Assembly (NCBI RefSeq): GCF_006345805.1
Contig: NW_021832229.1
Location: 62,001-126,000 of the forward strand
Source of the DNA: Octopus sinensis
Lineage: Eukaryota
DNA length: 64,000 nucleotides
Direction of reading: 5' to 3'
Shown here: piece after piece, positions 1-11,622 of the stretch
Position numbering within the stretch: the stretch's first letter is position 1
How the letters are laid out: every line of letters starts with the position of its first letter
The notes under the pieces: generated by a model
The model's input: only the letters and a program-made list of their open reading frames with translations
What the model was told of the DNA's origin: nothing
Databases searched by the model: none
Made by a program: the position numbers and the translations under genes

Positions 1-81
1 ATAAAAGAGTCCATATTTTATGCATATATATAAATATTTGGATGTATTCTCATAACCATATACCTACATACACATATAGAT

Positions 82-115
<34 letters not shown>

Positions 116-331
116 TATGTGAAATAGAAAGATGAATAATCTTGTAGTAGATTAATCAAAAGTTTAACCGATACCTTAGTAGCAAAAATCACAGCAGTAA
201 ACAGCACGGTTGGAGGTACAACCATCTGGCGTTGCAACCGTGCGTTGGTGCGGATAATTGAAATTAAAACATTATTGGTGAATTGAAGAAATGGAGCTGA
301 ACGCAGATTGAACAGAAATCGTTTTATTTCA

Positions 332-411
332 TTCTACATGTGTTTCGAAAGGCACAAATTACCAAAATCCGATTGAATAATGGGACCATATTGTGTCTTT
401 CTCTTCAGGAA
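332..411 (-). ncRNA. Mirror copy of the hammerhead; stem III altered to ACACATGT
   Basis: Reverse complement of 593-672 with one change at 339 that breaks the stem III palindrome. Confidence 0.6.
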
Positions 412-592
412 GAAAAAAGGAAATCCGTTGGAAAAACAAAAACAGAACAGAGGCGGAGCAAAAACAAATCGAACTATGCTCCTAAGAGCCCATGGCGAAA
501 CTGTTTCGCCATGGGCTCTTAGGAGCATAGTTCGATTTGTTTTTGCTCCGCCTCTGTTCTGTTTTTGTTTTTCCAACGGACTTCCTTTTTTC

Positions 593-672
593 TTCCTGAA
601 GAGAAAGACACAATATGGTCCCATTATTCAATCGGATTTTGGTAATTTGTGCCTTTCGAAACACGTGTAGAA
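593..672 (+). ncRNA. Type I hammerhead ribozyme motif (Penelope pLTR type)
   Basis: TTC(593-595) | CTGAAGA(596-602) | stem II GAAAGACACAA/TTGTGCCTTTC | GAAA(658-661) | palindromic stem III ACACGTGT | GUA cleavage after 669 | GAA(670-672) pairs with TTC. Confidence 0.8.
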
Positions 673-730
673 TGAAATAAAACGATTTCTGTTCAATCTG
701 CGTTCAGCTCCATTTCTTCAATTCACCAAT

Positions 731-763
<33 letters not shown>

Positions 764-797
764 CGTGCGTCTAAGCGTTGTTTGTGTGTCTACATAG

Positions 798-854
798 CAA
801 CCTGCAGGAGGCAAGAAAGTTGATTGGGGATGAAGACTCATTTGTGTGTAACAG
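798..854 (+). CDS. Candidate small host exon (NLQEARKLIGDEDSFVCN)
   Basis: Acceptor ctacatAG, 57 nt open, weak donor AG|GTTTAT. Protein not recognised. Confidence 0.2.
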
Positions 855-1133
855 GTTTATCGCCTCATTCTGTGTGTTAAATTGTTTTTATTTGTAATTG
901 ACTTTTTAGTCCATAAATTGGAATAATTGTAAAATGTAAGAGTTAATACCTCATTCAGTGCTTTTTAAAAAAGAACAATGTTTTAGAGAAGCAAAAGTCA
1001 GTGGGCACTTTTTGTCTTCTCCCATCCTTATCATCCTTCTATCATTAGCATTCATCTCATTAATGTCCGTGTCCAGCCCGCAAGCTATTTTACTCTATGT
1101 ACTGCCTTTATGGCAACTTTAATAAAATAAAGT

Positions 1134-1480
1134 AGCTTGCTTACCAACCACACGGTTCCGGCTTCAGACCCACTGCATGGTACCTTGGGCAAGTGTCTTC
1201 TACTATAGCCTTGGGCCGACCAAAGCCTTGTAAATGGATTTGGTAGATGGAAACTGAAAGAAGCCCGTTATATATATGTATATGTGTGTGTGTTTGTCCC
1301 ACCACCAGACCTTGGCAATAAATGTTGGTGTGTTTACTCACCGCAGCTAAGTGGTTCAGCGAAAGATGCCAATGGAATAAGTACTAGGCTTACAAACAAT
1401 AAGTCATGGGGTCAATTCGTCTGACTAAAAGGCAGTGCTCCAGCATCGCCGCAGTCAAACAGCTGCAACAAATAAAAGAA
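1134..1480 (+). mobile_element. tRNA-derived cephalopod-type SINE
   Basis: Head agcttgcttaccaaccacacggttccggcttcag matches the head at 32731-32786. Central (TA/TG)n. Tail actaggcttacaaacaataagtc...ctccagcat...gcagtcaaa recurs at 4660, 11075, 11460, 47300 and 63330. Confidence 0.8.
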
Positions 1481-1529
1481 ATATATTTGACAGGCTTGGA
1501 AGGACTGGAAGAACGGTGGTAGCAGGGAA

Positions 1530-3502
1530 TTGTATCAGACAGCCAGAAGGGAAGCTAGGAGACAGGTTTATTTAGCCAGAGGGGAAGTGGATAAGAAAAA
1601 ATTTGCCAATGTTCTGCGCCGTGAGGATGAAAGACTTGAGGTATTTCGTGTTGCAAGACAGTGTGTGAGAGAGAATCGTGATGTGGTAGGAGAGAAGTGT
1701 GTTCGCATGGATGATGGTTCACTTGCGCTAAATGAGGATGCAAAGAGAGAGGTTTGGAGACGTCACTATGAAAGGTTGCTGAATAAAGAAAATGAATGGG
1801 ATAAAGAGAGTCTGCCGAATGTTGACCCAACAGAGGGACCAGCTATCCGAGTTGATAGTTCCGTGGTAGCCAAGGCAATTAGAAGCATGAAGACAGGGAA
1901 AGCCCCAGGCCCATCAGGAATTACTGCAGAGATGCTCAAAATATCTGGCAGTGTCGGCTATAACCTAGTCACCCGTATAGTCAACCAGATGATACACGAA
2001 GGAGTCATACCCAATGACTGGTGTAGCAGCGTACTAGTCAACTGCTACAAAGGTAAAGGTGATGCCCTAGATACAAATAATTACAGAGGTATCAAGCTGT
2101 TGGATCAGGTAATGAAGGTTACGGAGAGGGTCATAGCCCAACTAATTAGAGAGAGAGTTAGTTTAGATGAGATGCAGTTTGGGTTTGTGCCAGGGAAAAG
2201 CACCACTGATGCTATATTCCTGGTAAGGCAGCTGCAGGAGAAATACCTAGCCAAAGATAAGCCCCTGTACCTGGCTTTCGTTGACATGGAGAAAGCCTTT
2301 GATAGGGTCCCCCGATCCCTCATCTGGTGGTCAATGAGGAAACTAGGGATAGATGAATGGCTGGTGAGGGCTGTGCAAGCCATGTACAGAGATGCCGTAA
2401 GCAAGGTTAGGGTTGGCAACATGTACACAGAAGAATTCAAAGTAGAGGTTGGGGTCCACCAGGGTTCAGTACTCAGCCCCCTCCTATTTATCATAGTCCT
2501 CCAGGCAATAACAGAGGAATTCAAGACAGGTTGCCCCTGGGAGCTCCTCTATGCTGACGACCTCGCTCTAATTGCTGAGTCACTATCAGAACTGGAGGAG
2601 AAGTTCCAGGTGTGGAAGGAAGGTTTAGAATCGAGGGGCCTTAGAGTCAACCTAGCTAAAACCAAAGTACTAATAAGTAGAAAGGTAGGCAATCCACAAA
2701 TGTCCTCAGGAAGATGGCCCTGCTCGATCTGTAGAAAAGGTGTAGGTAGAAACTCTATAAGATGTACCCAGTGTAAGCTATGGACACATAAGAGGGCAGC
2801 AATGTCAAAGGTAGGCTAACTGGGAAGATAGTTTTTATATGTGGCAGATGCTCGGGAGCATTGACCTCCGAAAATCTGCAGAAAACAACTTCCGTCACTT
2901 TCCAGGGGGAAAAATTAGAAGTAGTTGATAGCTTCCGTTATCTAGGTGACCAAGTCAATAGTGGGGGTGGGTGCGCTGAGAGTGTAACTGCTAGAATAAG
3001 AATAGCCTGGGCAAAGTTTAGGGAGCTCTTACCTCTGCTGGTGACTAAAGGCCTCTCGCTCAGAGTAAAGGGCAGACTGTATGATGCATGTGTTCGAACT
3101 GCCATGCTACATTGCAGTGAAACATGGGCCATGACTGCTGAGGACATGCGTAAGCTCATGAGGAATGAAGCCAGTATGCTCCGATGGATGTGTAATGTCA
3201 GTGTACTTACTCGACAGAGCGTTAGTTCCCTGAGAGAAATGTTGTACCTAAGAAGCATCAGTTGTTGCGTGCAAGAGAGACGATTGCGCTGGTATGGTCA
3301 TGTGGCGAGAATGGATGAAGATAGGTGTGTGAAAAAGTGCCAATCCCTAGCAGTTGAGGGAACCCATGGAAGAGGTAGACCCAGGAAAACCTGGGATGAG
3401 GTGGTGAAGCACGACCTTCGAACGTTAGGTCACACCATTGAAATGACTAGAGACCGAGACCTATGGAAGTATGCTGTGCGTGAGAAGACCCGGCAAGACT
3501 AG
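1530..3502 (+). pseudogene. RTE ORF2 remnant: reverse transcriptase plus PHD-type zinc finger, frameshift near 2795
   Basis: Motifs NYRGIKLL, QFGF, FVDMEKAFD, GVHQGSVLSPLLF, YADDL and ERRLRWYGHV. No endonuclease (5' truncated). Confidence 0.9.
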
Positions 3503-3837
3503 TGAAGCCATAACCCATGGCCCCTACCTGGGACATAGTCAGTCCACCTGTGCATACCTTCCTGCTTGTGACACTTGTGAAGACCTGTTGAGGCAAATCA
3601 AATCAAAGTCAAATCGAATCAAGTCAAACCAAATCAAAATAGATGAACATCAATGGAATTTGTATCCTTGTGGTACCAGTGCCGGTGGCACATAAGAAAA
3701 CCATCCGAACGGGACCGTAGCCAGTGCCGCATCGACTGGCCTCCGTGCCGTGGGCACGTAACAGACACCATCCGATCGTAGCCGTTCGCCAGCCTCGTCT
3801 GGCACCTGTGTCGGTGGCACATAAGAAAAACACCGAA

Positions 3838-4467
3838 AACACCATATCCGAGCGTGGCCGTCTGCCAGCCTCGTCTGGCACCTGTGTCGGTGGCACATAA
3901 AAAACACCATCTGAGCGTGGCCGTCTGCCAGCCTCGTCTGGCACCTGTGTCGGTGGCACATAAAAAACACCATCCGAGCATGGCCGTCTGCCAGCCTCGT
4001 CTGGCACCTGTGTCGGTGGCACATAAAAAACACCATCTGAGCGTGGCCGTCTGCCAGCCTCGTCTGGCACCTGTGTCGGTGGCACATAAAAAACACCATC
4101 CGAGCGTGGCCGTCTGCCAGCCTCGTCTGGCACCTGTGTCGGTGGCACATAAAAAACACCATCTGAGCGTGGCCGTCTGCCAGCCTCGTCTGGCACCTGT
4201 GTCGGTGGCACATAAAAAACACCATCCGAGCGTGGCCGTCTGCCAGCCTCGTCTGGCACCTGTGTCGGTGGCACATAAAAAACACCATCTGAGCGTGACC
4301 GTCTGCCAGCCTCGTCTGGCACCTGTGTCGGTGGCACATAAAAAACACCATCCGAGCGTGGCCGTCTGCCAGCCTCGTCTGGCACCTGTGTCGGTGGCAC
4401 ATAAAAAACACCATCCGAGCGTGGCCGTCTGCCAGCCTCGTCTGGCACCTGTGTCGGTGGCACATAA
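3838..4467 (+). repeat. Ten-copy 63-bp tandem array in the RTE 3' UTR
   Basis: Unit caccatc(c/t)gagcgtggccgtctgccagcctcgtctggcacctgtgtcggtggcacataaaaaa. It produces the 21-aa repeats in the ORF track. Confidence 0.97.
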
Positions 4468-4659
4468 AATCACCCACTACACTCTCGGAGTGGTTGGCGT
4501 TAGGAAGGGCATCCAGCTGTAGAAACACTGCCAGATCTGACTGGCCTGGTGTAGCCTTCGGGCTTGCCAGACCCCAGTTGAACCGTCCAACCCATGCTAG
4601 CATGGAAAGCGGACGTTAAACGATGATGATGATGATGATGATATGCATATATTTGTCTG

Positions 4660-4849
4660 TGTGTCTGCTTGTCCTATCACCATCACTTCACAACCGACGT
4701 TAGTGTGTTTATGTCTCCGAAACTTAGTGGTTTTGCAAAACGCACTGATAGAAATAAGAACTAGGCTTACAAACAATAAGTCCTGGATCAAATTGTTCAA
4801 CTAAACGTGGTGCTCCAGCATGGCTGCAGTCAAATGACTGAAACAAGTA
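4660..4849 (+). mobile_element. SINE 3' half
   Basis: Same tail as 1290-1480. Confidence 0.75.
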
Positions 4850-4980
4850 TATATGTATATATATACACATGCATATATTTGTATATATATATATATGTAT
4901 TTATATATATACACATGCATATATTTGTATATATATATATATTTCTATATATCTATATATATGCAAATATGTGTGTATAT

Positions 4981-7358
4981 ATCATCATCATTTTTTAATG
5001 TCCGCTTTCCATGCTAGCATGGGTTGGACGATTTGAGTGAGGGCTGGCAAACCAGATGATTGCACCAGGCTTCAATCTTGATCTGGCAATGTTTCTACAG
5101 CTGGATGCTCTTCCTAATGCCAACCACTCCGAGAGTGTAGTAGGTGCTTTTACGTGCCAGTCAGGCGGTACTGGCAATGACATCGCTTGAATCTTTTACA
5201 CATGCTACCAGCACAAGTGCCAGTAAGGCGATGCTGGTAACAATCATGCTCGAATGGTGTCTTTTACATGCCACCGGCATGGAGGTCAGATAGCTGCTCT
5301 GGCAATGATCACACTCAGATGGTGCTCTTAACACCCTACTACTTGGGGCTCGAGTGCCAGTGAGGCGACGCTGGTAACGATCACGCTCGAATGGTGCCTT
5401 TTATGTGCCACTGGCTTGGAAGGTGGTTAGCCGCTCTGTCAGCGATCACACTCGTATGGTGCTTTCTGCACCCCGCTAGCACGGACGCCAGTCATCGAAT
5501 TTGATTTCGAATTCACTTGCCTCAACAGGTTTTCGCAAGCAGAGTTCAGTGTCCAAAGAAGGAAAAGGTACGCATAAGTGGGCTGGTTACGCCCCTGGCA
5601 TAGACCACTTTATCCCAGGTCTTCCTGGGTCTACCTCTTCCACAGGTTCCCTCAGCCGCTAGGGTGTGGAACTTTTTGATACAGCTATCCTCAACCATTC
5701 TTGCCACATGACCATACCAGTGCAGTTGTCTCTCTTGCACACCACATCTGATGCTTCTTAGGTCCAACTATTTTCTCAAGGTACTTACACTCTGTCGAGT
5801 ATGCACACTGACATTACACATCCATCAGATCATACTGGCTTCATTCCTCGCAAGCTTACGCATGTCCTCAGCAGTCACGGCCCATGTTTCACTGCCATGT
5901 AGCATGGCTGTTCATACACATGCGTCATACAGTTTACCTTTTACTCTAAGCAAGAGGCCCTTTGTCACCAGCAGAGGTAAAGCTCTCTGAACTTTGCCCA
6001 AGCTATTCTTATTCTAGCAGCTACACTTTCAGCACACCCACCTCTGCTACTGACTTGGTCCTCTAGGTAATGGAAGTTATCGACTACTTCTAGTTTTTCT
6101 CCCTGGAATGAGGCGGAAGTTGGTCTCTGCGCATTTTCAGTGTTTATTGCTCCTGAGCATCTGCCACATACAAAAACCATCTTCCTAGTTAGCCTTCCTT
6201 TGATATTGCTGCATCTCTTATGTGTCCATAGCTTACACTGGGTACATCTTATAGAGTTTCTACCTATGCCTTTTCTACAGATCGAGCAGGGCCATTTACC
6301 TGAGGGATTTGTGGTTTGCCTGCCTTCCTACTTATTATGACTTTGGTTTTAGCGACGTTGACTCTAAGGCCCTTCGATTCTAATCCTTCTTTCCACACTT
6401 GAGACTTCTCCTCTAGTTCTGATAGTGACTCAGCAATTAGAGCAAGGTCATCAGCATAGAGGAGCTCCCAGGGGCAACCTGTCTTGAATTCCTCCGTTAA
6501 TTGCCTGGAGGACTATGATAAATAGGATGGGGCTGAGGACTGAACCCTGGTGGACCCCTACCTCTACCCTGAATTCTTCAGTATACCTGTTGCCTCACTT
6601 TGCTGACAGCGTCCGTGTACATGGCTTGCACATCTCTCACTAACCATTCATCTATCCTTAGTGTCCTCAATGACCACCAGATAAGGGATCAGGGGACCCT
6701 GTCGAAGGCTTTCTCAATGTCAACAAAAGCCAGGTATAGGGGGCTTATCTTTGGCTAGGTATTTCTCCTGCAACTGTCTTACCAGGAATATAGCATCAGT
6801 GGTGCTTTTCCCTGGCCCGAAACCAAACTGCATCTCATTCAAACCGACTCTCTCCCTAATTAGTTGGGCTATGACCCACTCCGTGACCTTCATTACCTGA
6901 TCCAACAGTTTGATACCTCTGTAATTATTTGTATCTAAAGCATCACCTTTACCTTTGTAGCAGTTGACTATTATGCTGCTACACCAGTCATTGGGTATGA
7001 CTCCTTCGTGCATCACCTGGTTAACTATACGGGTGACTAGGCTATAGGCGACACTGCCAGATATTTTGAGCATCTCTGCAGTGATTCCTGATGGGCTGGG
7101 GGCTTTCCCTGTCTTCATACTCTTAATTGCTTTATTTACCAAGGTACTGTCAACTCGGATAGCTGGTCTCTCTGTTGGGTTGACATTCAGCAGACTCTTT
7201 CTCCTATTCATTTTCTTTATTCAGCAACCTTTCATAGTGGCATCTCCAAACCTCTCTCTTTGCAGCCTCATTTAGCGCAAGTGAGGCATCATCCATGCGA
7301 ACACATTTCTCTTCTACAACATCACAATTCTCTCTCACACACTGTCTTGCAACATGAA
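4981..7358 (-). mobile_element. RTE LINE copy 2, decayed and 5'-truncated
   Basis: (atc)n tail at 4981. Diverged ~62-bp modules at 5140-5490. ORF fragments 5546..5767, 5965..6180 and 6720..7211 are homologous to copy 1. Confidence 0.92.
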
Positions 7359-7419
7359 ATATACACATACAAATATGTATATATATACATAAATATATGT
7401 ATATACACACACATGCATT

Positions 7420-7459
<40 letters not shown>

Positions 7460-7537
7460 ACTATATATATTTCTGTATATCTATATATATGTATATATAA
7501 ACATGTATATATATACACATACAAATATATGTGTGTG

Positions 7538-7579
<42 letters not shown>

Positions 7580-7625
7580 TTATAATATTGTGTGTGTGTA
7601 TGTATATATGTATATACAAATATAG

Positions 7626-7667
<42 letters not shown>

Positions 7668-7700
7668 GTATATACAAATATATGTGTATATGTGTATGTT
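7359..7700. repeat. (TA)n/(TG)n microsatellite (similar tracts at 11200-11430, 13580-13930, 58990-59120, 60061-60330, 62235-62330)
   Basis: Direct inspection. Confidence 0.95.
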
Positions 7701-7707
7701 TATACGG

Positions 7708-8308
7708 TTTGAATTTCTATTAACAACGACCACCTGCATGATTAGCAATAAAATAATTCGTTATTTTTTTTGGTGGCTGGGTGTCAGAAACTTTGAACTG
7801 GTCTTCTGGGTTTAACTTTTAGATTAGTCATGCGTTGCTAAAGAGGAGGGTAATTTAGATAAATTTTATAAAGGCAGTACAGTAGGCATAGGGCCCACAT
7901 GAATTTGTTTTCGAATGAAAAATACTTTAATTCTACTACACTTGCCTCTTATATACATGTTTAAAGAGTAATAAGAAAAGATATTCTCTGGAATGGTCGG
8001 TTATTTCGAGGGACCCTTACTTCAGAGTAAATATAAATAAGTATAAGCTATGTGTCAAGGAATCCCTTCCATCCTTAAGTTTTTTGGGCCCAAAACTTTA
8101 AATTTGCTGAGGTGATCCCTTTCTGCAACCATAGGTTTTCATCTACTCTTTGAAAGTATATAGAAATAAAAATGGTTGCAATAAAATTGTATAGGCTTAC
8201 GGGAATTTGAAACCAGTGCATTTGAATTTCTATTAACAACAACCACTTGCATGTTTAAGTAATGAAATAATATGTTGTTTTTCTTTTGTGGGTGTTAGAA
8301 AATTTGAA
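7708..8308 (+). repeat. Diverged ~90-bp direct repeat pair (7708-7797, 8221-8308)
   Basis: Both start tttgaatttctattaacaac(g/a)accac(c/t)tgcatg and end gtgt(c/t)agaaa(c/a)tttgaa. Confidence 0.85.
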
Positions 8309-8419
8309 TAGCATTGTCGATGCGAGTTGTGCATTGTTGTACTTTGGATACTGTTGTATTTTTGAGATTTGTTAATTGTTGTTAATGTTGTTTCTTTTTC
8401 TTCCTCATTTTTGGGTGAA

Positions 8420-9336
8420 ATGGAGGAACAACGAATAGGCAGTTACACTGCGGTGGCAGGCAAAAGCCTGGCAGCTGACATTCTGTGATTGAAAGAATTG
8501 GTGTTGGAGCAGAAGGATTTCGGAAAGTACAAGGATTATTTAAAAAAGAGGGAGACTGCCTTAGGCTGATACCCCCAGGAGAAGCGATGGAAAGAGCAGA
8601 GAGGAAAATAATAATATACAGAATGCTGGATGTAGAAACAAAAAGAGTGGAAGTAGCAGAGGAATGCCTGAGCGAAGTGAAGGGAGTAACGACGTTTTAT
8701 ACTCGTGGAAGGAAGTACGGCACGGTGGAGGTTCACTTCGTGAACGAGGAGGAAATGAAAAAGTACTCCACGATGCTGTTGAGATTAGCCGGGTGGGCAC
8801 TTTTGCCAACCTAATGTGGTAAAAGAGTGGCAAGAGTACAGATTGGGAGAGTGCCGCCCAAAATAGATGAGGAATGGCTGTTGGACGCTATCCTGTACAA
8901 CTGTGAGGAGGAGACCAAGATTATCAAGGTGGCAAAATTGGCTGAGATAAACTGATGGGGATTTAGACTGGAAATCTTGGTCCATATAAGCCTGCCTGAT
9001 TTGCACAAGATGGCAGAGGAGTTGGTGCTCCCCGATGACACCCGGCTGAGAATTGTGATGGAGAGGAAGCCTCCAATATGTTATAATTGTGGTACAAGAG
9101 GACACATGAAGACAAGGTGTCCCCAGAGACGAGGAAAGAATGGAGAATTAAGCAGAGGTGGAGGAAAAGAAGGAGGAGGAAATAGGAGGCAGAAAAAGAA
9201 CAAGTGCGGAGTCACCGCCGAAAAACCTGAAAAAGAAGAGAAAAGCAGTAAAAGTACAAGAGAAAAAATTAGTAGAGAAAAGAGACGAGTGAAAATCAAA
9301 CACCAGAGCCAACAAAAAGAAGGAGAGAAGAAATAG
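8420..9336 (+). pseudogene. Non-LTR ORF1/gag-like remnant with one CCHC zinc knuckle
   Basis: ATG at 8420 with an SYTAVAG motif, a frameshift, stops at 8812 and 8953, CYNCGTRGHMKTRC at ~9079-9120 and a basic tail. Confidence 0.8.
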
Positions 9337-9679
9337 ACAAAGAGGAGAAATATGAGGAGTGGAAAGGGGAAGTAAGGAGGAGAATGGAATATGTGAGGCA
9401 AAGAAAGCAGCCGACCGAATGACACTTAAGAACAATGATAATTTACGATAAGAATGTGAGAATTGAGGAAAAGACTGCAAAGGTGAAGAATTTAATAAGA
9501 GTAAGACTGGATGAAGAGGTGTTTGGTAGCGAGGAAAGAGCAATACTGTTGGAGAGAGAGAGTCGAGAAATTGACGGAATTTTTTGGAACAAGAATAAGG
9601 AAAACTGGACTGTACATTTCAAAGAAAGCAACTAGAATGAAATTCTTTGAAAAACCAAAAAAGAAAAAACAAAGAAGAA

Positions 9680-10463
9680 AGTTTTTTTTCTAGAATATTG
9701 CTTACTTTAATATTTGTGTCTTTGTGAAATAGATTTTGGCTGGATTATGTTCTTCATTATTTTTGTATTAATGGCGGTGTCTTGTTTATTTTAACTCATA
9801 AAATTATGTGTAATTAAAATTACTTCATCAGCAAACAAAGGATTTAAAAATATTCTTCCTTCTCCCCATCCCCATCCACTCTAATACTCCAATATAAATA
9901 TGTTTAATAGGTAATTCCAGCCTGAAGAATTTAATGTTATATAATAATGATAAGTCATTAAAGGCATCATTATGAAAACATATTCAAAATTTGGTTATTA
10001 ATAACCAAATAGTAGAAACCGATTGACAAGATGAGACATTTCAAATAGTTTTTTTTATAATGAACTGCTGTCAAAAGTAAATAAAGGAAATGTAAACACA
10101 GAAGATAATGAATGTGAACGATCTGCTAATTAAAGTGCAATTAGCAACATGCGTGATTGTTTAATTAGCAACATTCACTGGTAAAGAAAAAAAGGGATTA
10201 TCTCCCCTTGCCTTTCAACCACATCCAAGCATGTTCCATGCATTAAATACCTGCCAGTTGTTACTTGGGGATTCGACAGGATTGTTAGCGCATTGCTTAG
10301 AATGTATTGAAGTAGTCATTCTTGCATTCTGTGCCCTGAGTTCAAATCCCGTCAACGTCAACTTTGCTTTTTCATTCTTTCAATACAACATCAGGTACTG
10401 AAAGGAATACATCATTATATTTTGCACTCTCTCATTCTCTCTCTCTCTTTCTCTTTCTCTCTT

Positions 10464-10524
<61 letters not shown>

Positions 10525-11032
10525 TTGAAAGATTTCCACTGTGGTTTGACAGAGAGAGGGGTTAGCTACATCAAGTTTAAAATACCCAAATATGAGTGTG
10601 AGGAAGGCGTCCTTATGATTCTGACAACATATGATGACTGAGACAGGGAATGGATATGAATAGACCCCCTCATCAATAGATATACCAATACTCAATCCTA
10701 TTGAACAACCACAGTTATCTGTGGTAGTAGTAAGAACATCAGATAAAAATGCTATTGATGCGTCTACTGAAAATCTAAGCATGGTCCTGTCAAACTGTTC
10801 TGTCTATTTATTTGCACAAGCTAATAATGAACCAATGAGAGATCGTGTATGTGGTGGTTCGGTCTGTTAGATGTAGCAGCCACATCTGCCTCGTATCTTA
10901 AAACAAGGACATGTGAACTTACATGGTTATATGGTCATTGCAAATAGGAAAAAGACAAGATGGTCACAGCTAGAATGCTTTTGATCTCAGGCCTGCACAG
11001 TCAGGGTTGACCAAGGGCTAAACAGCAAATTT
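9680..11032 (+). repeat. Copy A of a ~1.35-kb local direct duplication
   Basis: Collinear with 13948-15304 from tttttttc(t/a)agaatattg to ggctaaacagcaaattt, including a (CT)n tract. Confidence 0.95.
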
Positions 11033-11069
11033 GTTCACAAGGGATGTATGTATGCTTATCCCTCCAACA

Positions 11070-11251
11070 CCGATTGACAACCGGTGCTATTGTGTTCATG
11101 TCCCCGTAACTTCGTCGAAAGAGAAAGATAGATTAAATACTAGGCCTACAAAGAATAAGTCCTGGGTTCGATTTTCTCGAATAAAGGCGCTGCTGCGGCA
11201 TGGAATGTATATACATATATATATATATATATATCTATATATATATATATA

Positions 11252-11317
<66 letters not shown>

Positions 11318-11622
11318 ATATATTATATATATATATTATATATATTATATATTATATATATATATATATTATATATATATATTATATATATATATATTAA
11401 TATATATATATATATATTATATATATGTGTGTGTGTGGTGTGTGTGTATGTGTGTGTGTTTATTTCTTGGACGTCGTTGGAAACGGGTGCTAGTGTGTAC
11501 AGGTCCGCGAACTTAGCGGTTCGGGAAAAGGAGCCGATAGTTTAAATACTAGGCCTACAAAGTATAAGTCCTGGTGTCGATTTACACGAATAAAGGCATT
11601 GCTCCACCATGGCCGCAGTCAA
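11070..11622 (+). mobile_element. Two tandem SINE 3' halves separated by (TA)n
   Basis: Both contain taaatactaggcctacaaag(a/t)ataagtcctgg and cgaataaaggc. Confidence 0.7.

Larger units (their letters stand above)
265..739. repeat. Near-perfect 475-bp palindrome (237-bp arms, 1-nt centre at 502)
   Basis: Position i pairs with 1004-i from 265 to 739. Only two mismatches seen (339/665, 423/581). Explains mirror ORFs 334..624(-) and 380..670(+). Confidence 0.97.
1490..4640 (+). mobile_element. 5'-truncated RTE-clade (Expander/Rex3-like) LINE, copy 1
   Basis: RT ORFs 1530..2819 and 2861..3502. 3' tail ggttggcgttaggaagggcatccagctgtagaaac...ggacgttaaac(gat)n. Confidence 0.92.

Noticed and set aside
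334-670. Mirror 96-aa and 60-aa ORFs
   Set aside because: By-products of the palindrome, with no recognisable motifs.
3624-4603. Long repetitive ORFs in several frames and a CRISPR-like appearance
   Set aside because: A 63-bp unit without stops makes the ORFs. Units are near-identical with no unique spacers, there are no cas genes, and the context is eukaryotic.
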